64,000 nt of DNA from Microthrixaceae bacterium (lineage in GTDB: Bacteria > Actinomycetota > Acidimicrobiia > Acidimicrobiales > Microtrichaceae), in the NCBI GenBank assembly GCA_027493675.1, contig JAOSKI010000005.1, forward strand, positions 13,720 to 77,719, read 5' to 3'. Position 1 is the first letter of the stretch; every line of letters starts with the position of its first letter. The notes under the pieces are model-generated. The model worked only from the letters and a program-made list of their open reading frames with translations, had not been told where the DNA came from and searched no databases. Below are positions 20,581 to 29,163 of this stretch, one piece after another. Position numbers and translations under genes: made by a program.

Positions 20581-20661
20581 TGGTGGGCGTGGAGGGTCTC
20601 GAACCCCCCGACTTCTTCCTTGTAAGGGGGAAGCGCTCTGGCCAACTGAGGCTACACGCCC
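20581..20661 (-). tRNA. tRNA-Val (anticodon TAC), 81 nt including CCA, apparently carrying extra homopolymer bases
   Basis: Reverse complement: GGGCGTG TA GCCTC AGTTGGCCA GAGC G CTTCC CCCTTACAA GGAAG AAGTCG GGGGG TTCGAGA CCCTC CACGCCC A CCA. The acceptor, anticodon and T stems pair. The D stem, anticodon loop (9 nt) and variable region are each 1-2 nt too long. Confidence 0.85.
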
Positions 20662-20878
20662 GAACCGGTGAGCGTACCCCCCTGCACCCCCGTGGTCACA
20701 GAGTCGGCGCGCCCCGCTCTGCACGACAGGACGGCCGCATGAACCGAGAGATCGCTCATGCCGATCAACCGGTGAACGACGCGCACGGACCTTCGGGCAT
20801 TCACATCCCGGGAACAACTGCCGATCCTCAACACGTGGGCGAAGAAATCTACAAGTCGGCACCGCTTGACGATTCATC

Positions 20879-22351
20879 GTGCCGCTGGCACTCGCGGTGG
20901 GCACCGTCTACCTGACATGGCGAGTCGGTTGGACCCGAGCGGGATGCCCGCCATGGCTCTTCTGGCCTCTCTGGCTGGCCGAACTGACGATCCTCGCCGA
21001 GTTGGCCAGGATGACGTTCGAATCCTGGACCCAGCGAACCGAGGCACCGAAGCACAGACCCGGATTCCGACCGACCGTGGACGTGGTGGTCATCTGCGGT
21101 GACGAGCCGAGCGAAGTCCTATGCTCCACCCTTCTCGCGTGTTGCCGCCATCGGTGGCGAGCACCGTACGATCGCTCTCGACACGATAGGCCGAGCGGAA
21201 CTGGCCGAGATCACCTCGCTCACCGGCGCCACCCATCTGGTGACCGCCAGTCCGCTCGTGTGTGCGGCCGAGGAACACCTGAACGCGGCACTACCGCACA
21301 TGGATGGTGAGTTGGTGGTGCTCCTGCACGGTGGCGAGATGCCACTACCCGACCTGATCGATGTGCTCGCCGGCGACTTCACCGACGACCGGACTTGGAT
21401 GGCACAAGGCAGCCAGGCGATCCACGACACCGCGCACCGCGGATATGACCTGGTCGCCGCTGGGGCCGACGAGTCGATCCACGCCACGACCCAACGCCCG
21501 GTGGCCCTCTGCGAGACCTCCAACTGGTACGGATCCGCGGCGATGCTCCGGCGCAGCACGATCGACGACCTGGGCGGCGTTCCGACCGGGAGCGAGACAC
21601 CGGCGCTGCAGATGTCGCTGCGCGCCGCACGGCACGGCTGGCGTGCGACCTGCCACCATGAACCTGTCGTGCACTCCGCGAGCCCCGACGTCAGAGCCTT
21701 GAACGATCGTTATGCCCGCTGGACCACCGGAACCCTGAGGGCACTGCGCAGCGGGGATTCGCCGCTGTGGGCCGAGGCTTCAGCGTCACTCAGCGCTTGT
21801 CGTACCTCGGGGCTGCAACGACCTGCCTCGGAGGACCCCGCCGGGTCCTCTTCATGGCCGTGCTCGCAGCGACGCTGGTCACGGGATGGCTCCCACTCCA
21901 AGCCGATCCAGTGCTGGCCGCGTCGGCCTGGGGACTGTGGATGGGACTAGTGGTGCTCGCCAAGCGCTCGCTCACCCGAAACGGACAGGGAGAGCTCGCG
22001 CGGTTGACGGAACGATGGATGCTGCTGGGTGCCCAATGCTCAGGTTGGATATCCGCGCTCGGTCGCCCACGTCCCGACCGCTGCACCCACTCGCACCGTT
22101 CCCCTCTTCGCTTGTTCACCCTGTGCGTGATGCTGATCGCGCTCGGCCTGGTGATCCGTCTCGTGATGGCCACCGGGGTTCCGATTGCTCAGGGTCCCGG
22201 CATCGATGGGCTGATACCGGCGCTGGCGGGAGCCGTCGCCGTGCTCTGCATCTACGCGATGGTCCTCGTGGAGGCAGACCGCAGGTTCTGCGGCGAAGCG
22301 ACCTCTACGGCCCGGAGTTCGGACTCTCCTGGATTCCCGGAGGTTCGATGA
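20879..22351 (+). CDS. family-2 glycosyltransferase, cellulose/processive-synthase-like membrane protein, frameshifted
   Basis: Joined from ORFs 20879..21310 (TM helices, TVDVVVICGDEPSEVL), 21099..21950 (...YGSAAMLRRSTIDDLGG...RYARWTTGTLRAL, a QxxRW-like motif) and 21767..22351 (C-terminal TM helices). Confidence 0.65.
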
Positions 22352-22822
22352 CACCCAGCCTGGCGAGCGCGTTCCACGCCGACGCCGTGTCGGCGGACAG
22401 CTCAGGTAGCTCACCCTTGCCGAACCACCGCGTCTCGATGATCTCAGCAGAGCTGGGCTCCACCCGCTCCGCGGCCGCCTCCTGAGCAGGCCGCGCGAGG
22501 AACACCACGTCCACCCTGCGGAACTCCGGCACGACGACCACCGCCGGCTCACCCACGAGAACCAACTCCAATCCGACCTCCTCGTGAGCCTCGCGCAGCG
22601 CGCACACAGCCGGCTCCTCACCCCTTGCGGCGAGCCCGCCGACAGTCCCCACCGTCGGCCGTAGCTGTGCCGCACGAGCAGGACCGAACCATCCGCTCGC
22701 TGCACGATGCACAGCACGCCGAGGGTGTACTTCGGCGCCACGGTACGCACCATCCGCCGGCGAACCGACCGCGGTAGGCGGCCGAAGAGCCACAGGAGAC
22801 CGACCATCAGGCGCCGCCGCAT
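22305..22822 (-). CDS. NUDIX hydrolase, frameshifted
   Basis: MRRRLMVGLLWLFGRLP...LGVLCIVQRADGSVLLVRH is in ORF 22040..23608. The Nudix box GGLAARGEEPAVCALREAHEEVGLEL is in ORF 22305..22793. The ATG overlaps the upstream stop (TGATG). Confidence 0.8.
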
Positions 22823-23608
22823 CACCCGGTCCCCCTCGCGGTCAGCGACTGGTCTAGGAGCCACCGTCCGGATGCGCTGACCGGGGTCCGGCGCGTGGGG
22901 GTCACGAGTGACGAGGTCACGGCCCTCTGCGTCGGCAATCACTCCGCCGGCCTCGGTGAGCACCAGCAGCGCGCCCATGTAGTCCCAGGGTCCCAGCGCG
23001 TCACGAGTGCAGTCGATCGTCGCGTCGACCGAACCATCGGCGACTGCGCAGATGTCCAGGGCAGTGGACCCAAGGGCCCGGTATTGCCGCCACCCGAGAT
23101 GGGTTGGAGGGTGACCGTTGAGCACCACGAGCGCCTCCTCCAGACCGACCGGCACAGCGGGGCTGATCGGCACCGTGTCCCTCGTCGCACCACCGCCGCG
23201 CACTGCCCGGTACCGCGTACCGGTGGCAAGGTTCGCCACCAGTGCGATCCACGGACCCTCGGCGTCGAGCGCGCACAGGGAGCACGCATACCACGGGATG
23301 CCTCGTGAGGCGTTGGTGGAACCGTCGACCGGGTCCACCACCACGATCACACCGGAGTCGCCATCGGTGAGGCCCGACTCCTCCGAAAGCACACCCACGC
23401 CTTGGCCGGCGAGCACGCCGAGCACGGCGTCGTCGACGGTCAGGTCGAATGCGTACTGGCCTTCACGCCGACCCGCCGCACGCATGGAGCCCGGCGTGGA
23501 TCGCATCGCGGCGGACCTGAGCGTCTCTGCCGCGACATCGGCGGCATGCTCCAGCAGCCGGGCCACGGAAGGCTCCGTGAGTGCAGGTGGTTCGCCATCG
23601 GAGCGCAC
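22822..23608 (-). CDS. inositol monophosphatase-family (SuhB/CysQ/HisN-like) phosphatase
   Basis: ...VLSEESGL...VVDPVDGSTNASRGIPWYACSLCAL...WRQYRALGSTALDICAVADG...GPWDYMGALLVLTEAGG carries the IMPase motifs. The C-terminus needs one frame change near 22890 to reach the TGA at 22822-22824. Confidence 0.8.
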
Positions 23609-23684
23609 TGATGCAGGGTATCGGCCATCCCAACGGGAACATGCGGCTTTGCGATGTCGTCACGGACTGGCAACCTGTTGGGTG

Positions 23685-24248
23685 ATGGCACTCATCGACA
23701 TGGCCGGCTTCGTGTCGGACCTGAAGAACCACGCAGCGGACCACGGGTTCCACGTCCACGACGAGCGGCATTTCGTGGAGACCTACTCGATGCGCCAATC
23801 CTTCGAGGTGGACCTTCACCCCGAGGACGCCTGTGGCGGGCCACTGGAGTTCCACTTCAGCGTCGAGGTGGACCCCCGCACGATGCTTGCCTTCGAGGAC
23901 GCGATAGTCCCGTTACCGGAAGGCGAGGAGCCCGAGGAGTCGTTCCAGATCCCGTTGTCGTTCAACTGGTCGCTCCCCCCGTTGCCCAACAGCCCCGACC
24001 TGTTGTTGCTTGCCACCGAACTGGCGGGCCTGGGCGGTCCGGACCTGCCGGTCGAGGTCTCGGCGATCGACTCGTTCCAGTTCGTCACCGACCCGTCGGT
24101 GCGCACGTTGAACGTGGTCGCGAGGATCTCGGTGGACATGTGGCAGGTGTTCATGGGCGAGGAGATGCTCTGCGATGCGCTCGAGAGATGCCTCGAGGTC
24201 AGCCGCTTCCTGCTCGAAGCAGCACCTGCGTGGATCGACGGCACCTGA
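23685..24248 (+). CDS. acidic hypothetical protein
   Basis: ATG at 23685 (MALIDMAGFVSDLKNH...). This is the 187-aa tail of ORF 23118..24248; the upstream part of that ORF is antisense to the IMPase gene. No family recognised. Confidence 0.5.
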   Translation: MALIDMAGFVSDLKNHAADHGFHVHDERHFVETYSMRQSFEVDLHPEDACGGPLEFHFSVEVDPRTMLAFEDAIVPLPEGEEPEESFQIPLSFNWSLPPLPNSPDLLLLATELAGLGGPDLPVEVSAIDSFQFVTDPSVRTLNVVARISVDMWQVFMGEEMLCDALERCLEVSRFLLEAAPAWIDGT

Positions 24249-24280
24249 GCGGACAGGGCTGCCACGGCTATGTTCGGAGC

Positions 24281-25889
24281 GTGCATCCCAGCGAACCTGT
24301 GCCCGCCATCGAAGCGGTCATCTTCGACACCGATGGAGTGGTCACGCGCACCGCGACGGTCCACTTCGCGGCATGGAAGCAGCTGTTCGACGAGTTCCTC
24401 GCCGCGCACGCCACCGGTGACGCGGCTGCCCCGTTCACCGATGCGGACTACCGGCACCACGTCGACGGCATCAGCCGCTACGACGGGGTGGACGCCATGT
24501 TGCGATCACGGGGCATCGAGCTCCCATGGGGTGACCCTTCCGATGCACCGGGAGTCACGACCGTCTGCGCAGTCGCCAACACCAAGAACGAGGCCTTCGC
24601 CGAGACGGTCCGCCGGCAGGGCGTGGAGCCCTACCTGACGACCCGGCGTTTCATCGAGGCCCTGCACGCAGCCGGCATCCGCACGGCGGTGATCTCGGCA
24701 TCCAGGAACTGCGGGATGGTACTCGAGGTCGCAGGGATGGCCGATCTGTTCGAGGTCCGGGTGGACGGGATCGACCAGGCGGAGATGGGCTTCGCCGGCA
24801 AGCCGGCACCGGATGTGTTCCTCGAAGCTGCCCGCAGGCTCGGGGTGGAACCCTCGCGTGCGGCGGTGGTCGAGGACGCCATCTCCGGTGTGGCTGCGGG
24901 AAGGGCCGGTGGCTTCGGACTCGTGATCGGCCTCGACCGTTCGCTCAACCCGGAGCCTCTCGCGGCCCATGCCGACCTCGTGGTGCCCGGACGCGGCCGA
25001 CCTCGGCGTCGTGGACCTGGGCAACGGGGTCCACTCGGTGCAGCGTTTGGTCCCGGCGCGCTCGTTGGTGACCGACCTCCCGGACGCGCTGGTGGACCAC
25101 GACCTGCGGCGCCGGACCGCGGGCCGACGCCTCGCGGTCTTCTGCGACTACGACGGGACGCTCACTCCGATCGTCGACCGGCCAGAGGACGCGAAGCTCT
25201 CCTCCTCCATGCTCTCGACCCTTGAGGCGCTCTCGGAGAGCACCCCGGTTGCGATCGTCAGTGGTCGCGACCTCGAAGACGTCGAGTCGATGGTCCGTAG
25301 CGACCGGTTCTGGTTCTCGGGCAGCCACGGCTTCGACGTGCGCACACCGCAGTGTGAACGCATCCAGATGGAACTAGGCGCAACGGCCCTTCCAGCCTTG
25401 GACCGTGCCGCTGAGGAGCTGCGGATGGAGATCGAGGACATCGAAGGCGCATGGCTGGAACGCAAGCAGTTCGCGATCGCGGTCCACTACCGAGCCACCC
25501 CCGAGCATCTCGTGGACGATCTGCAGCTCTTGGTCAGAGCCGAGGCCGACCGCCACGACCAGCTCCGGATGACCGGCGGCAAGAAGATCTTCGAGCTCCG
25601 GCCCGCAGCCGATTGGGACAAGGGCCGGGCGATCCTGTGGCTCATGGACGTCATGGGTCTGGATCCAGGCGAGGTCGTGCCTGTGTTCATAGGTGACGAC
25701 GTGACCGACGAGGACGGGTTCGTGGCGTTGCGGGATCTCGGCATCGGGATCGTCGTCGCCGAGCCCGGCGGGTCGACCGACGACGCTCTCGCCGACGAAC
25801 CGCGGACAAGTGCCGCCCTCGACAGGCTCGCGGATCCCGATGCCGTCGGCGGATTCCTGGATCGAGTAGCCAGGAACAACGAAAAATGA
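24281..25889 (+). CDS. otsB: bifunctional-looking HAD protein: beta-phosphoglucomutase-like HAD domain fused to trehalose-6-phosphate phosphatase, one frameshift
   Basis: N-terminal domain in ORF 23654..25225: AVIFDTDGVVT...ISASRN...KPAPDVFLEAARRLG...VVEDAISGVAAGRAGG. OtsB domain in ORF 24969..25889: LAVFCDYDGTLTPIV...VAIVSGRDL...WFSGSHGFD...ELRPAADWDKGRAILWL...FIGDDVTDEDGF. The join is near 24985. The GTG start at 24281 is uncertain. Confidence 0.8.
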
Positions 25890-25922
25890 TGAATGACGTT
25901 TGGGTTTCACGTACCATGACAG

Positions 25923-25941
25923 ACGTCATAGGTGATGACGT
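25923..25941. promoter_or_regulatory. candidate operator: ACGTCAT-N5-ATGACGT palindrome within a cluster of TGAC(G) half-sites
   Basis: Additional ATGACGT at 25893-25899 and ATGAC at 25916-25920. All lie in the comparatively AT-rich 88-bp gap upstream of the lipoprotein gene (start 25978). Confidence 0.35.
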
Positions 25942-25977
25942 GCCCACGGCTGGCCCCTGGGCGGATGGAGGGAACTG

Positions 25978-26862
25978 ATGAAACCGACTTTCAAGAAGCG
26001 TTCGGCACTGCTGGTCGCGGCAGTCTCGGCACTTGCCCTGGTGGCCGCAGCATGCGTGCCTCCGAGCTCCAGCGACAAGTGGGAGTTCAAGGCCACCAAC
26101 GTGACCATCAACGACGCCCAGGATGAGGTTCGCGTCTTCGGTGCATGCGTTGCGATTCCGAACTGCAACGACGAGCCGTATGTGATCAACATCGCCACGC
26201 GCGTGAAGATCGGAAAAGCCAACTCCGCCAGCGGCTTCGTGGTCTCCAGCCGTGACCACAACCCCGAGAACGTACCTGCGGGTGAGTCCCGCGTCCTGAC
26301 GGGCGCCGCCGGCGCACCGGTGGTCTACCCGGGGGTGCAGCGTCTCGACATCGCCGATCTGTTGAACACCAACAACAAGCTCGAGGTGATGGTCGTCTAC
26401 ACCTGGGTGATGGAAGAGGACACCGTCCCCGTGAACACCGCCGCCAACGACGTCAAGGACGTCCTGGTGGACGCGCTCAACGAGACACTGGCCAAGGGTT
26501 CGGTGCCCAGCGATCCCAACCTGCTGCTGGACCTGATCCTCGACAACCTCGGCAACATGTTCACACTGCTGCTGTCGAACATCCCGTTGCTCGGCCTCGG
26601 TGACGACGTCGGTGGTGGCGCCATCAACGTGGGCATCGCCGCCAAGGGCGGGCTCGCCAACACCATCAACGCGACCATCGGCAGCGCGGACATCCCGGAG
26701 TTCGAGATCCCGGTGCTGGATCTCCCGCCGAGCATCAAGCACGTGAACATCTTCACAATGGGTGGGACCAAGACCTTCACAGGTCAGGCGTTCAACCAGT
26801 ACCACGTGCTTGGGGTCAACGACGCAACCCACACCTACGACTTCCAGGCCAACCAGGGCTGA
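25978..26862 (+). CDS. orphan lipoprotein (secreted), unknown function
   Basis: MKPTFKKRSALLVAAVSALALVAAAC gives a signal peptide plus lipobox. GGAGGGA lies 5 nt upstream. The 294-aa frame is intact; the protein is Asn/Val/Asp-rich. No family recognised. Confidence 0.8.
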   Translation: MKPTFKKRSALLVAAVSALALVAAACVPPSSSDKWEFKATNVTINDAQDEVRVFGACVAIPNCNDEPYVINIATRVKIGKANSASGFVVSSRDHNPENVPAGESRVLTGAAGAPVVYPGVQRLDIADLLNTNNKLEVMVVYTWVMEEDTVPVNTAANDVKDVLVDALNETLAKGSVPSDPNLLLDLILDNLGNMFTLLLSNIPLLGLGDDVGGGAINVGIAAKGGLANTINATIGSADIPEFEIPVLDLPPSIKHVNIFTMGGTKTFTGQAFNQYHVLGVNDATHTYDFQANQG

Positions 26863-26878
26863 CCGGCGTTTAGCTCCG

Positions 26879-26909
26879 ACACCGCCCCGGGTCCACCCCG
26901 GGGCGGTGT
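26879..26909 (+). terminator. GC-rich hairpin after the lipoprotein gene
   Basis: acaccgccccgg-gtccacc-ccggggcggtgt: 12-bp perfect stem starting 17 nt after the stop. There is no T-tract. Confidence 0.45.
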
Positions 26910-27070
26910 GCGTAGCGCGGCACGACAACTCAGGCCTGACCAAGGCGCGGCGACCCGGGTTGCGCAGAGGGTGAAAATCACGCACGCTGAGTGGCGGGAG
27001 CGCGGTTTCCGCCGCGAAGCGCCATACCTACGACGCGGTGCACCGGAATCAACAGCGGGAAGTTGACGAG

Positions 27071-28462
27071 ATGAGCGAAATACCACAAGGAGACGGATGG
27101 TGGCAGACCTCCGATGGGAAGTGGCACCCACCTGAATACGATCCGACCGCACCAGGCGCCGGATTGACCGAGCCAGGGACTGGTGTCGAGGAAGGAGCGG
27201 TTCCGCCGCTGTGGTCTCCCAGCACAGCTGCCGGGACGCAGCCGTCACCCGAACCCACGCCGGGGGAAGAACCCCCCCCCCCCGTGGGAAGAACCCCAAC
27301 AACCGTGGGAAGAACCCCAACAACAGTGGGAAGAACTCCCAACAACAGTGGGGGAGAACCCCAACAACAGTGGGGTGACCAGCCAGGTGCACCTGTCCCG
27401 CCTCCGCAATCCAGCGCACCCAATGGCACTGCACCACCGCCGTTCTCGGATCCCGGGATCCAGGGAAACGCCACAACACACGAACCACAGCCGACGCGGT
27501 CGGCTACTCCGTTGTTCGGCGACCACGATCCCCAAGCAGTCGTCACCTCCGCCGCCGCAGTCGATGAATCCGGCTCATCCGGCGCAATGCGTCCGGGTGA
27601 GTTCGGCCTGCCGTCTGCACCTGAGCAGCCGTTCGAACCGAAGGTGGTGCGTCCCTCGGTCATCTTCCCCACGAGCGACGGACCGACCGGTGGCGGCAGA
27701 TCAGGGCCTTCACCTGTTCTCATCTGGTCCGGCGTGGCCGCTGCGGTCCTGCTAGTGCTGGTTGCAGGCTGGTACTTCGTGCTGCGGGATGACGGCTCCG
27801 ACGAACAGGCAGACGACCCGACCTCCTCCACACCAGCAACGGTAGAGGGGAGACCACCGTCTCAGAGCTACCGACCACAACCACCGGGGCGCCCGTCACG
27901 TCCGCTTCACTCCCACCGAAGCCCACCATTGCGCCAGGCGAACGCCTACCGGTACTCGAGTTCAAAGGCTCTGGCGATTCAACCGTCGCAATGAACCCGT
28001 CCGGTCCGCGTGTCGCGAACATCGAGTACACCGGCACCGGCCCGTTCAAGGTAACCGGCCTCGACATCAATGGTGGAGAGGTTGCCACATACGCCCAATC
28101 GGACGGACCTTACAGTGGTTCGGTAGCGGTTGACTTCCACGACGAACAGGATTCGCGGAGCCTGTCCATCGATGCCGACGGTCCATGGACGATCCGGATG
28201 GTACCCGTCGAATCCCTCACACCGCTACCTGGTGGGTTCACAGGTTCCGGCGACGACGTCGTGCTCTACACCGGAGGAATAGGCGAAGTTGCATTCAGCC
28301 ACTCCGGTGCCGGACCTTTCGAAGTCAACTACTTCGAGATCACCACCCGCGAGATAGCCACGGCCGTCAAGGAAGCGGGACCCTTCCGTGGGAAGCGCCG
28401 TTCTGCGAGGTCCTGCCTTCGTATGGATCACAGCGGACGGTCATTGGTCCGTCACCCCCTGA
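27071..28462 (+). CDS. Pro/Gln-rich single-pass membrane protein with duplicated extracellular module, frameshifted
   Basis: MSEIPQGDGWWQTSDGKWHPPEYDP... then a Pro-rich linker with tandem repeats and the TM helix VLIWSGVAAAVLLVLVAGWYFVL (ORF 27038..27994). The extracellular part is in ORF 27991..28506 plus a third frame: ...IEYTGTGPFKVTGLD...SIDADGPWTIRMVP...FSHSGAGPFEVNYFE...FVWITADGHWSVTP*. Confidence 0.65.
27272..27369 (+). repeat. C12 homopolymer followed by four tandem 21/21/22/22-nt repeats inside the Pro-rich protein gene
   Basis: C12 at 27272-27283. Units of gtgggaagaaccccaacaac(c/a) at 27284, 27305, 27326 (extra t) and 27348 (extra g). Confidence 0.9.
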
Positions 28463-28568
28463 GCAGGGTTGAGAGGCGTCGTCGGTTGAGAAGCGTCGTC
28501 GACTGAGAGCGGCTACGCTGGTTGTCGACTCCCGGCGCCGTGCTCTTCCGGGGTCGGAGGAGGCCACC

Positions 28569-29013
28569 ATGCGCATCCACCTCGGAGTCGGTGACGAACC
28601 GACGACGCCCGGACCGGACGCTCATCCTGGGGGCTCTGGTGTTGCTGCTCTCCGGTGTGATCGCCGGCTGTTCGACCAACCCTCCACAGGCGATCCTGAA
28701 CGTGCCCGGCAACTACGTCGCCAACCTGTGGGCCACGCCGTCATGGCAGAGCCCGACCCACGCGACGGTACTCATGTGCCTCGGCGAGGCATCGGCGGTC
28801 CACCTGGAGACCGGCGACGGCGGCGAAGGCTCGGTCGGCTCGATCAAGCTGCAGTGGGCGGGAACCACCTACTCCACTTCGAACCAAGGCGACCCCGTGA
28901 CGCTACGACCCTGTGCTGCAACCCGGCTGCGGACTGCTCGTCTACGGAGTGGACTGCTGCCACATCGACAACTTCCTCGCGATCAAGGCCACCAAGGTCG
29001 ACCCACCCGAGTG
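28569..29013 (+). CDS. putative lipoprotein, unknown function, frameshifted
   Basis: GGAGGAGG then ATG at 28569. RTLILGALVLLLSGVIAGCSTNPP (lipobox) is in ORF 28522..29055. The C-terminus YDPVLQPGCGLLVYGVDCCHIDNFLAIKATKVDPPE* is in a third frame. Confidence 0.55.
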
Positions 29014-29163
29014 ACCTGCGAACTGTCCGGTGCAGGGCGCGGTTTGCGCGGTTGAGACCAGGCAGTTCGCCTGTGGGCGCCCGTTTGGACCGCCATCGGA
29101 GAACAAGACGGCCCGAGCCAACCGGTGAAGGTTCAGATCATCCAGGTCTCTCACGACGTCACA

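Noticed and set aside
20662-20878. Possible c-di-GMP riboswitch upstream of the cellulose-synthase-like GT2
   Set aside because: I recognised no GEMM-like conserved GNRA/tetraloop-receptor pattern in the 217-nt gap. A covariance-model scan would be needed to exclude it fully.
22040-23608. 522-aa minus-strand ORF as one protein
   Set aside because: It merges IMPase, the first third of the Nudix gene and out-of-frame read-through antisense to the GT2 gene. A TGATG stop/start junction at 22820-22824 separates the two real genes after one frame correction.
25687-26985. 432-aa minus-strand ORF
   Set aside because: It is antisense to the lipoprotein gene, which has a strong RBS and signal peptide. 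It has no motifs and a His/Arg/Val-rich shadow composition.
27284-27369. Tandem repeats (also 47145-47207) as possible CRISPR arrays
   Set aside because: The units are contiguous with no spacers, only 9-22 nt long, and lie inside coding sequences. No cas genes are present in the window.
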